In this document: positions 26,701-38,459 of the stretch, piece by piece
How the letters are laid out: each line of letters starts with the position of its first letter
How positions within the stretch are numbered: position 1 is the first letter of the stretch
Assembly: GCA_964035545.1 (NCBI GenBank)
Contig: OZ037766.1
Coordinates: 20,386,767-20,450,766 of the forward strand
Length of the DNA: 64,000 nt
Direction: 5' to 3'
Origin: Bugula neritina
Lineage: Eukaryota > Animalia > Bryozoa
The notes under the pieces: model-generated
Database searches by the model: none
Seen by the model: the letters and a program-made list of their open reading frames with translations, nothing else
Told to the model about the DNA's origin: nothing
Program-made: the position numbers and the translations under genes

Positions 26701-29079
26701 TAGTAGTTGTGGGGGAAGTTAAAGTTGGTTGTGAGTGTGTCTTAGTTGTTGTGGAAGGACTTAAGGTTGGTTGTGAGTATGTATTAGTTGTGGTGGAAGG
26801 AGTCAAAGTTGGTTGTGAGTATGTCTTAGTTATTGTGGGAGACGTTGAAGTTGATTGTGAATATGCTTGTTCAACATGGTTCTTCTGACATGTTGGCAGT
26901 AATTCTCTCCATGTACCATTCTCACAGAAGTTTCTTTTAGTTCCAATCAATGTGTAATTGCTTTCACAAGATGCAGTTGCTGTGAGTAAATCTGTTTGCC
27001 ATATTATAGTCTCATTGGTCAGCTCTGGACAGTTCATTTCACATTGCAAACCAAGTGATGTGGTCCAATTTCCATCAATGCACTTGATGACATAAGGTTG
27101 AATAAAGCCAAGCGCTGGATGATTATTCTCTAAGCACATATATGTGATTTCTAAATGATAAAGGGGACCAGATATATTGTAGTGTGCTAATGTATAGTCA
27201 GGAATAGGCTCTGTACAGTTCTTGAGACATGTAGGAAATGTTCCTTTCCAGAACCCTCCATCGCAGTGCAGCATCAGATCTCCAGCGGCATGAATATATT
27301 TACTGGCACATGCATAGCTCACAGAGTAGAATGTCAAATTGGTTATCACTGTGTTGTTGACATTCAAGTCAGTGGTGCACTCTTTCTCACAAGACAAAGG
27401 AGTTTGTGAGTATGAGTTATTTAAGCATGTGATTTCATAAGGTTCAGACATTCCTTCAATGGGATGAAAGCCATCTTCACAAAAATAGGTGATTACCATT
27501 GACCCATTCTCTAAATCTGTAGCAACCTTAATGTAAGTATTGTTACTGAAAGGTATACTTGCTAGACAAGTTGCATTGGAAAATGTGAAGGGCATGGTTG
27601 ATGTTACAGACAATTCACTTTCAGGTGTTTCAGGTGAATAAGTGGTGCTGTGTATCGTGCAATTAATACCAATATTTGGAGACCAATTGCCATTTAAACA
27701 ATTGACTGTTCCACTCATCTCTGCACCTGTTTCAAATCCATTTAGACATTCAAAAATAACAGTTGCTTCTGATTTGTAAAATATTTTGCCATTGATAGTG
27801 GGTGGAGGAGAGCCACAAGACTTAGCACATGCAAGTTGGTGTGGTCGCATAATGTTACCATTTTTGTCACAAATCACAGCAATTGAGAATATTTCAGTAG
27901 TGTTATAATAGCCTTCTGCACAACTATATGTCACCCAAACGCCATCTGTCTGCAAATAGTTAGGATAAAAGTTTCATGGTTAGTGTAATATTATTTCTTC
28001 TTAAAATCTTACAGTCCTAGTAGAGATTTTCTTGAAAATAAACAATGTTTTGCATAAGGTAAAAGAAAAACTAGACAACATTTATGACAAATTATTTTAC
28101 TGACTGCACTGTTGTGCTTTAATATATTTGTAAATGCTGTCAGCATGTTGATACCTGATTTGAAACGTTTGTGATTGTTAAACCATCAAATTCGGGAAGA
28201 CTTCTGCATTCAGTTTGTGGAGTTGTAGTTGATGGCATTATTTCTAATTCTACAAAAACAACACAAAATTCTGAAGAGGAGTATACCAAGTAGGCCTATG
28301 GCCGATATTTTAAATTCTGACATACTTATAGCAAAATATTTAAAACAGACTTTTAAACTTGTCCAGTTTATGCTAGTTCAACCAGTAGCTATGACTTGAA
28401 GACCAATTATTTTTAGATTGAGTTTTAAAATAACTCAAAATGACAGGTAAACATTGATAGTAAAAAGGCTTGTCTAGCATCTAAGAAATTCATTACATTT
28501 GCATGTTAATTGCTGTGATTATTATGCACTTTTATCAATTGAAAATCTATGTATATGCATAATCACCTAATTTTATGAGAGTGTTGTTAAACTAAATAAT
28601 TTTAGTGAGTAATCTTTACCCAAATTTATCTGAGTTTCAGCGATCAGAAAAACATTAGATTTTAGGGTGAAGAGAAATTTTTCTCACTCAACATCTATCT
28701 TACCTTGCTGACATCCACATAGATCACTGCTGTCACAGATGTTAGAAGTCAATGGCCGACATACAGTAGCATTTCTGGTGGCATCATCTTCGTTAGCAGT
28801 TTTGTAAGAACAATCGGCATCTGATGTACACAGTGAGTTTTCCCCTGAAATTATCGAGATGTACTGCAGGCATATATGTATATTATTGTTACACAAGTTA
28901 ATCTGTATAAAATGAATTGGTCTTTGGTATCATATATACATATTATATATACATATATACATATTATATATACATATATATGTGTATATATAAATAAATA
29001 AATATATATATATATATATATCTCAATCTGTGGACATATATATATGCTTATATTTGTACCTATATATATACATATATGT

Positions 29080-29168
<89 letters not shown>

Positions 29169-31516
29169 GTGTATTCCCATGTGTGTCTGTGTATGTAAGG
29201 CATCTTTAACCAGTTTTAAAACATTTGGCTGTGGTTATATTTATTACTGAATGGTTTTAATAGCATAATATTACAATGTTATTAGAAGGTTCAGGTCAAA
29301 AATAATAGTTGATTTTATATACAACTAATTTACAATTGAAATTAGATGTTTCAACTTACATTGATTGAACCACCAGGAAGTAGAGCATTTGTTAGAAACT
29401 TCCGTCTCTTCAAACGACAAGTATCCTAATCCATCATCACCACTTCTGTCTGCTAAGCATATTTTCATGTTTGTTTGAATTGATGAAGCACATATACAGC
29501 CATCTGATGAATGGAAGAACTTCATATTGCTATTCATAGCTGCCAAGATGGCATTGGAATTACCAGATGTAGATCCAGGTTGAAGATAGCTGTTGACCTC
29601 ATTCTATGTAGTATACGTAGTATATTTATATTTTATGTGTACACAATATAATGTATATTCTTCATTTGAAGGCAGTTTCTTAGCTGCATAGGCATATGAA
29701 ATACATCAACTTGTTGGTAGATATATATGATGTACACACGAACAATAGCTAACAAAATTTCAAAGCGTATTAACCATTTCTATGACAATAACAAAATTCT
29801 AGAATTTTTCCATAATGAACATTTTCTTCAGAATTTAGTATTTTAGCTTGAAAAACAATTCTTTTTAAGCATAATAATGTAATTTCATTATTACTAATGC
29901 AATATTAATGATACCCATTGTATAGCTTAGCACGAACAAGCACATGTCATCCAACCATTAAAATTCATCAGAAATGTTTCATATTTGCATATCCCAAACA
30001 TTTGAATATATAGTATACCCTTCAAGCTGACCTGAGATTAAGGAGAGCTTGTAGTTTCTGCTAATCTAAGTATTGTTATACTGGAATCTTTGGTGAGACT
30101 AGGCTAACAGTGTATATATTATATAAATAACATCCTTACCATCATCTCCAATAGCTGAATTGCTCCATATGGGTAAAGGGCATAGGTGAAGTTAGCTGCT
30201 GTCAATTGAGAGCAGTCATCTGATAAGGTAAAATGGTAAGTAGAATTGACCAATGATTTCACAGCACACTTTCCATCTGACCTCTTTCTCAAGGTGTAAG
30301 TGCCTACATCAATCATTGTAAGCTTATGCAATGCACCAATATTTTAACCTGTAACATTTGTTAGCCAGCTTTTTAAGGAGACATCTTTTACACAACTCCA
30401 GATACGTATGTTTGAAGATGTATTTTGAAACGATACTGGCATGTAAATATAGATTCCTATGTCACCATTACTTGACATATGCGTAGAGTATAGCTACTAG
30501 TCTACTCTCAGAGTATAAGAACTAACCCTTGCATGAAAATATAAAAACCAACCTGTACATGGAGTATACAAACCAACCTGTACATGGAGTATACAAACTA
30601 ACCTGTACATGGAGTATAGAAACTAACCTGTACATGGAGAATACGGTTGGTTGTATCTGTAGCCTTCGATTTGTTCATTTCCATCAGTATCTAATGTAAT
30701 GGTCGGGCATGACCTTATATTGGTGTCACCCCAAGGTATAACATACAAATCTGAGCAACTCAAATACTCATACTTGTACAAGTTGCCAAAAGCATTCTCT
30801 TCTGCTTGCTGCCGAAACTCCAGGTCTGCTAACTCAATGTTTGGATGAGTATAAAGAGAGATATCAGTGCAGGACCTTTCAATAGCTGCAAAAATCAGTC
30901 ATGGTTTGAGTTTAAAAATTGACTAATGTCTTAACTCAACACACATGTATGCAAGTTTATAATACGAACAAAATGTTTTGCATCAAACTTTAATTTATAG
31001 GAGATATACATTAGAATAATTCCCGTAGAAAAATGATCATGTTTAATTTTATAACAACTGAAAGTTGTGCTATAAACATGTATGTATAATGGTAAGGCAA
31101 CTGTATTTATAGTATCATATAGCTATCAAGAGCGGAATCTGACAATTCTGTTAACAACTAACTTGCCAGCTTAAGAAAATACTAATACTTTGACGATCAA
31201 ACAGGAGTAAGAAAATTATAATGGCCTACTTGATAACTCAACATTGGCATAAAATAATAATTTTTGGTCTTACAGCCCTTACATAAATTGATTAAATCTA
31301 GAACACAGGCTTTTCTTAATGTCTTGATTGCTACTCCTGCGATTTCAATTGCAATGAATAACAAACATTGTAAAACTTGTGCACATGCAAGAAGTGTCTC
31401 ATTTGTTTTTACTAAATAAATTGATTACCTTCTACAGTTACAATAGAGGAACACAGCCACATCAGTATGGGAAATAGGCTTTGTTGGCAGCCTCTATAGT
31501 TGAGGAAGGTTACCAT
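20794..31516 (-). CDS. Secreted Sushi/CCP-domain mucin-like glycoprotein (~2680 aa); exons 31516-31429, 30885-30628, 30456-30349, 30303-30140, 29603-29360, 28844-28704, 28249-28155, 27949-21079, 20861-20794 (last exon tentative)
   Basis: Signal-peptide-like N-terminus MVTFLNYRGCQQSLFPILMWLCSSIVTVEA, a Cys-containing N-terminal region, six 4-Cys CCP modules, then about 1740 aa of Thr/Ser/Pro repeats in one 6.87-kb exon. Junctions are phase-consistent; no transmembrane segment seen. Confidence 0.8.
21650..26870 (-). repeat. Coding minisatellite, ~42-bp unit (14 aa, consensus TYSQxTLTPPTTTx), roughly 120-125 units with higher-order duplications
   Basis: Directly visible in both DNA and translation. 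Near-identical blocks recur at 23403, 25698 and 26493, and at 21972 and 22644. Confidence 0.95.
28930..29163. repeat. TA-rich tract followed by a (CA)n microsatellite (intronic)
   Basis: Degenerate TATATACA runs, then about 39 CA units at ~29085-29163. Confidence 0.95.
30545..30644. repeat. 4 x 25-bp tandem repeat spanning a splice donor
   Basis: Unit AAAC(C/T)AACCTGTACATGGAG(T/A)ATA(C/G). On the minus strand each unit contains ...TGTACAG|GTT(A/G)G. Confidence 0.9.
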
Positions 31517-31687
31517 TTTTATGATGCAGTTTCTTTTTCATTACATCTATAAAATTTGTGTCAGCATTATAACTCAAAAAGTGACTTATAATCATTGATG
31601 CAAGATTTATCTTTAGCAGTTCTGAATAACTAAATGCAGGCCAGTAAGTAGAAGTAATTAAATTCAAGACAACATAAATTTATTAGT

Positions 31688-33351
31688 AGGGGTAAGGGGG
31701 GGGGGGCACATAGGGTCGAATTCTGCATTTTTTGCTCTCATTCGTCTGTTTTTCAAGTTACTAGTTCAATAATCTCTAGTCTTAATGCTGCATCTGTTGT
31801 CTATTACAGGTATCAGTTTGTTGTTTCTATCTCTCTCACAACTTTCAGAATAATGAAATTTTCATGGCGAAAAAATCGGCCCATTGTGCCCCGGTACCGG
31901 GGTACAATGGGCCACTGGGTGGGACACAACAATATATTGAAACTTTGCAGATTTTGTTGCATCTAATCTTTATTTATTTAATGTTACAAATAAATAAACA
32001 TATTCTTTCAGATCTAAAGCAAAATTCATGTTTTAACTGTACAGTTTGTGCCACCACGGATAGCAGAGGAAGGCAAAATCAAACGCACATCACTCGCTTC
32101 TACGGTGCCATTATCATTACTGTTTAGAACTAAAAATGTTTTTTATTTACACTTCAAAAAACTTTTATCAGAAAAAAAAACTTTAGTAACATGTGCTACA
32201 AAATTTTGAGTGGACTTTTTTCTATGAACTGTAGCTAAGGTGCATGGCTTCGGTTTGTGGCTGGAGTACGGAAGGGAGAGAGGGAGCGGAAGGGAGAGAG
32301 GGAGCGAATGAGCAAATCACAATTTAATTTAGTCAAATACATGTATATTCCCTCAATGATATAATGTATAATGAATATCATGACTATCTACTAGTAGCAA
32401 CAGCAGAGTGTTTTGTATTATGTATATAAAATAGCATAGCTTTAACCTCACCAGATGTATATATTGTAATGGGATTACGTAGCATAATAATGCATTTGTC
32501 TCCTCCTGTTTGGGAATACTTAGAACTATGTTTTACTATCCAATCAGAAGGACCGGAAGGCAAGGTTCCGGTCAAGTGACTGTTCGCGGGTTAGTTAGCA
32601 GAAACCATGTTGTTGAGAGCAGGGGCTCGTAGTAGCTAGACGTGTTTATAATTGATTGATGTATTGTGGTTTTGACTTACTGTTATAATTATGTTTATCG
32701 AATTAAATAAAGGTTATCGTACGCAAGCTCTGTTAGTAGTTGCTAGTTAAATTGAAACTAAAAACGCAGGCAATCCACGCTTGATTATTGTGCTAAAACT
32801 CACAACAATATTAGGGGAGCTTCCTCTTGTAGTTTAGTAGTCTTACCATGATGTCTTTGATATTTTACAAAAAGGTCAGAAATGGCTATATCTATAGATT
32901 TTAGTAACATTTCAACCAACTTTTTGGGCACACAAACTAATAACAGTGATCAGGGTACAATAATCAGGTGGCCCATTGTGCCCCGGATGGCCAAATTGAA
33001 CATAAATGTGTCTCAAGGAAAATTTATTTTAGAGTTTGCTGTTATATACTAGTTAAGCAATGTAGAGACAAGCAATGGCAACAATATCAGTAAAATCTAG
33101 GCTTGTTGCCTTTGAGTGTAAAGAGTTATAAAGCCTTAACGACATCTTAAAAATTTTACAAAAAGTAGGTAAAAACAGTTTTTCACTCGCCTTTTCAACA
33201 TGTATGTTCCGCAAGTGTTGGAACTACAATGGCTGAATATTTATGTCAATACCTTTTTATGAAAAAAAAATCACAACTCTAAGTCAATAAGTTCTTTCAC
33301 AATTTGGCTGGCTCTTTGTACCCCTATGACCGTTGTGCCCCCCATATTTAC
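31688..33351. mobile_element. Degenerate non-autonomous DNA transposon (Tc1/pogo-like ends)
   Basis: Imperfect inverted ends GGGGGGCACATAGGGTC / GACCGTTGTGCCCCCC, plus internal copies of GGCCCATTGTGCCCCGG (~31878, ~32969) and GGGGTACAATGGGCC. No clear TSD. Confidence 0.5.
32465..32807 (+). mobile_element. Solo LTR (Gypsy-like), 343 bp
   Basis: Begins TGT and ends ACA, flanked by the 4-bp direct repeat ATAT (32461-32464, 32808-32811). AATAAA at ~32706, about 100 bp before the end. Confidence 0.65.
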
Positions 33352-34496
33352 AACAATAAATGATATTTACTCTATAAATCACCAACTCTATAACATTTAA
33401 TAATAACTATTTATTGCAATCTTTTAAATTACAATTGAGTATACCAATTAACTAAATAATTTATAGTGTAAAAGCAATGATACATGCGAATACTTAGTCT
33501 AAAAGAGCTTCAAATCTACAGTATACATTGCTTACCAACTATTTCTTCTCTTTTCGTCGCCAGCAGATAATATTTTGAGTTGCAATACTTATCAGCTTCT
33601 GTTGATGCCAAATATGATAGCTCATTATTTAAATGTTTTCAGTGGATTCTTTGAAAGGGTTTGATAAAGCTAATTGCAAGCTTGCATAGCTGCAAAAACA
33701 GCTTTTGAGACAAAAATATTGCATCTCTAGCTAATGCAGCAGTTAGAGTTGCCCTACATTTTCAATCAGCTTGAACAACACATTTTTATATTAACATATT
33801 ATGTTATATATTTAAGTTAAAAGTCACAAAAGAATAACCACATTACATATTGATACATGTGCTTGATTACTAATGTACTTGGTAGAAACCTGCTAAGTCA
33901 AAAAATGCGTCAGTGCAACCAGTTTGCATAAGAAATCAAAAAACATCATATGCAATGTTTAGACAGTTTTAAAAAAGTGCTCAATAAGCTTCAAACTACT
34001 CAAATTCACCTGGAGTGATTAATTTTCTTATTGTAAGCTACAAAATTGTTTGTATGCGTGAAAACTCTCCATTAACCATAAAAAAGAATAAAAATCTTTA
34101 AAAAACACTAAATGCTTAAATTCGTGCAACAGAAAATAACTGCAATTTTGTTTTATAAACATCCTTTTTGATAGAAGGCAGCTTAATAAACATTATATAT
34201 GATAATTATAATGCCTTCATACAACATTGACACATTCCCTAGCCACAGGTCTAAAAGCATAGAATATATTACTACGTATTGTTATTACTTATTATTGCAT
34301 TAAATTTTCATCTTAAATTAATTCCCAATAATCATTATATTTTATGGTGGCAAACCGACTCGGTTACTGTTACCTCATCAAGCAAAATATAAAATATATT
34401 ATGTACAGATGTTTCCTCTAGGTAACAAGTGGAAGTACATCCAACATTGGGGTTGTTTTCCCTTATTGCTTTTCAGTTCAACACTTTCCTTATTCA

Positions 34497-34680
34497 ATCA
34501 AGTCCTCAGCCGAAACAGTAGCTCGCCCACATTGGCGGGCCTGTTATCTAATTTCCCATCTCCACGTGAGTTTGAACGGCACGCGTAGGGTCCGGGAACT
34601 ACCGAGCGATGATTATAAATGTCGCCCTTGCAGAAGCAGAACGGTTTATTCACGCTGACTAACGTCCGCATCTCATTCAC
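34497..34680. promoter_or_regulatory. CpG-rich island between divergent genes; candidate promoter/first exon or structured ncRNA
   Basis: Local GC/CpG enrichment, E-box CACGTG and several short hairpins. Lies upstream of both the mucin (-) and Tudor (+) genes. Confidence 0.4.
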
Positions 34681-34699
34681 ATTTACATTGTATAGAAGG

Positions 34700-35560
34700 C
34701 GATTCCCATAACCTACTAATAGTTATAGTAATACTTTAGCAATATAATATTGTATAATTCAGCGTGTGCACGACTCAAGTCGTTTACACCATTGAACTAC
34801 AACTATAAGTTTTAGTTCATCGATTTACACTTACAGTTACAGGCTTAACCATAACAGTTGACTTATCCTTATGGCAAAAGGCTAAGCCATCACTATGACT
34901 ATGACTATCAGTATCACTATCGTCTATCAGTATAAATAATTTATTAATTATTAATATATTCTCTCACTTAGTCTGATAGTGACAATCATTACCAGTATCA
35001 CTCGTAAATCATGATTATAACGATAATCATAGTCATAAAGTGATAATGAATGTCAATAAAAATATGATTATAAATTGAAAAAACACTTGGACCGGTACTG
35101 AATGAGAATCAGAATGAGGATGACCGTTGAATGAGTGAACTGAAAAGTGATATTGACAGTGACTGTGAGTGTGACTCACCCTAACTCTAAGTATTACTAA
35201 TATAATTATATTTACTTTTGGTATCAGGCATCAGTCATCTGTATTAGTATAACTATGAGTATGATTGTAAGTGTACTGTTATCGTATGCGTATCACATTC
35301 ACATTCACATTGACTATGAAGTATGAGTTACTAATACTAATACAAATAGTAATACTGATAGTATTAGTGTTGCTATTACAATTAGAATTAGTATTAGTAT
35401 TATTGTTACTATGGTAGTGTTACGATTGCTATAGCTGAGTATAAGTATGTCTATTAGTATTAGAGTTAGAGCTACTAGCTCTAACTCTAGGCTAATACTA
35501 GCTCGGCTAGTAAAACTAAATCAGTAAAATTATATGTAATACTAATATTATAATTAAATT
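34700..35560. repeat. Degenerate tri/hexanucleotide low-complexity tract (ATTAGT, TATGAC, ATCACT, AGTGAC)
   Basis: Same motif vocabulary as the 11.2-14.8 kb region; resumes after the LINE at 39649-39800. Confidence 0.75.
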
Positions 35561-35735
35561 AGTACTTCTTCGATACTTCGACTTTAGCACACGCTAGATC
35601 ACCATAAGGCGCAAGAGGCGTGCCTCAGCAGCTTGTTACAATACATTTGACATAGAATTATAACTGTATTTGCATACATTATGCATTTTAAATTTGGTAA
35701 TTGCAGTACCTTTCAGGTTATCATTTATCAAGTAT

Positions 35736-38459
35736 TTAGGGAGTTCCAATTCTTAGGTCTCTAATAGTGCGCGGTAGGAAGCTGTTATGATATGCTGTGC
35801 ACATGGCAGATATCGCAGTTGGTATTCCGTTAGAGGCAGCCCTCGTGGTAACCGTAGCGGTTGACTTGTCCCTTGTCAGTTCAGTGTAGCTGGAAGATAA
35901 TGCCTGATGACATTCTTCTTTGGACAAGATCTTCAAAAGGAGGGTTATTCGTAGGCTTTTGCGACGATCTTCCAGTGATGATATGTTGAGTTGTTCTCTT
36001 GCATCACTGATGCTAGCCTCCCGGCCTTTGAGACAGCAGATGAATCTAATAGCTCGGTTCTGGACTAACTCAATTTCTTTCACAAGTTGCTTTGTTACAG
36101 GATCCCAAGTGGTTGCAGCGTATTCTAGTATAGGTCTGCAGAGAGTCATATATGCCAGCAGCTTTGCTTTCTTGGGAGCTCCATAGAGGGATAGCTTTAG
36201 CATGCCAAGAACCTTGTATGCTTTGTTTATTTTCTTAGTTATGTGGCTGTGAAACTTGAGGTTAGATTGTAGTGTAACTCCAAGGTAGGTAATCTCATCT
36301 ACGTAGGGCAATGTTTCTCCCCCTAGTCAATATGATGGTTGAATTTGGGGATCTTTGCCAAATGACATGATTCGGCATTTTGAGGAGTTGAACGGCATCT
36401 TCCACTTCAGAGACCAATTCTCAATCTGTTCAATATTCTTTTGGAATTTTCGGACATCATCTAGGGAGTCTACCTCTTGAAAAATCAGTGTGTCATCAGC
36501 AAATAAACTGACATTGCAACTTGGTAGATCAGGGAGATCATTGATGTAAAGAAGGAATAGGGTGGGCCCCAGGACAGAGCCCTGTGGAACGCCAGAAAAG
36601 ACTGGTAATCTACCAGAAGAGTGGCCATCTATGATTACTTGCTGCTCTCGCTTTGTCAAAAAATTCTGGAGCCATCGGAGTATGTGAGGATTAATTCCAT
36701 CAACGACGCTTAACTTATGTATGAGTAGCTTGTGGGGGACTTTGTCGAAGGCCTTCTGGAAGTCGAGAACAAGAGCATGAGTGGTGTGAGAGTTGTTCAT
36801 TGACCTGGCAATTTCATGGAGGGTTCCACAAAGCTGTGTTTCGCAGGACAAGCCACGACGGAAACCATGTTGACGATTATGGAGGATGGGATCTAACAGT
36901 TTATTGAGATAGTGTAGAACAATGTGTTCCAGTAACTTGCAAGGTATACTGGTTAATGATATTGGTCGATAGTTGTTTGGCATATCTAGCTGGCCTTTCT
37001 TGTGGACAGGGATGATGTTGGCTAGCTTCTATCCCGCAGGAAGTTTGGCACTGCGCAAGGATGCGTTAAAGATTAGTGTTAGGCAGTTGGCTATCAATCT
37101 AGTATCGATGCAGAGATCCTCTTTTTTAAGTCCGTCCGGACCAGGTGCCTTACCAGTTTTGAGATCGTTCAGAAGCTTTTCCACCCCATCGGGAGTCACA
37201 TTCAGATCATCATCATCAGAGTGATAAGGGAGGTCGTCGGTGTAGAAATCTTGCTGGCAGAACTGTTGCTGAAAGAAATTATTGAGCATCTCAGCATTTT
37301 CTCGAGGATCACTTGTGGAAGTACCATTAGGGTGAGTAAGTGTCAGCATGGGTTTTGTTTTGTTCTGAATATTCTTCAGATATTTAAAGAAGGGTTTGCT
37401 GTTTCCAGCTTCCAATGGTCCGCATACCACTTCAGTGGTATAGTTGTTCCTTAGTTCTCTCAGAGTGCGTTTAGTGTCACGTCTTTGTTGTTTGTATTTT
37501 GTCAGAAAAAAAGGGTCATTTGTTTGTTTAAATTTGTTATACGTTTCACGTTGTTTCTGGACTAGCTTCTTCGCTCTAAGATTGAACCATGCAGGTTGAT
37601 CACCTTTTGGTTTGCATATTCTTATAGGGACTTGGTTAGAGATTGAGGTTCTAAGTTGGGAGACAAACAGCGGCCACATGCTATCGACATCACTCATTTC
37701 TTCCAGCTGAAGTTGTACATGAGACATTTGTTCTCGGAAACCCTCAATATTAGCTTGGCGGTATAGTTTAATGTATTTCAATTGAGGTGTGACACTAGTA
37801 GTAGCCACTCTATGTTGTATAGAAGCCTCAATAAGAAAGTGGTCACTTAAGCCAGGTTCAACAATATTGATTGATTGAATGTCTTTGGGTTGATTTGTGA
37901 GAATGAGATCTAAAGTATTACCCTGGATGTGAGTAGGTTGGTCAATGAGTTGAGTCAGGTTATTTTCAGCAATTAAATTGAGAAACTCTCGGTGAAGGGC
38001 TTGATATTGGCAGTTTTTTTTTAGTTGGGTATATTTCCAATCAACATTGGGAAGATTGAAATCACCAGTTATGATTATTCGATCGGTAGGATATTTGCTA
38101 GAAATTTCTTCGAGGAGAAGCCAAAATTGAGAGAGACTGTGTGCAATGTTGGGTCTATAGAAACACCCAATAATAGTATTATCATCTAGTCTTAGGACAA
38201 CTATTTCCAGGTCTGCTGATCCGACTTCTACATGTTTAACACTCAGTTTATTGTCAATGGCAATCATTACACCACCACCGTGAAGGTTCCTATCACATCG
38301 AAAGACAGTCTTCTGAGAGAGATCCAGGATTTGTTTATCAGTGACACTCTCATCAACATGGGTTTCAGTGACACACACTATATCGTAATTCATAGCAAGA
38401 GATGTCAATTCTGGGGATTTGCCTTTGACAGACCTGGCATTCAGTAGTAGTAGTCTTAG
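35736..38459 (-). pseudogene. LINE ORF2 (APE endonuclease + reverse transcriptase) with two in-frame nonsense codons
   Basis: One reading frame from LRLLLLNARSV through VTETH, TGDFN, LDLIL, SDH, YRPISLTS, GVPQGSVLGP, LFADD to HNSFLPRTIRDL. Stops at 37029-37031 (TAG where the paralogue has Trp) and 36327-36329; no frameshift. Confidence 0.9.

Noticed and set aside
21972-26888. Series of + strand Val/Gly-rich ORFs
   Set aside because: Antisense shadows of the mucin repeat. The minus frame is open for 6.9 kb and carries recognisable domains.
28851-29250. Cys-Val and His-Thr repeat ORFs
   Set aside because: Translations of the (CA)n microsatellite within an intron.
34465-34520. Possible hammerhead ribozyme on the minus strand (CTGAGGA...GAAA)
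   Set aside because: Stem II is weak with the wrong closing pair, the predicted cleavage position is G, and no convincing stem I forms.
34560-34605. Short resemblance to U11 snRNA or RNase MRP motifs
   Set aside because: The U11 5' end and Sm site are missing and the MRP P4 pairing is imperfect; the similarity is too short to call.
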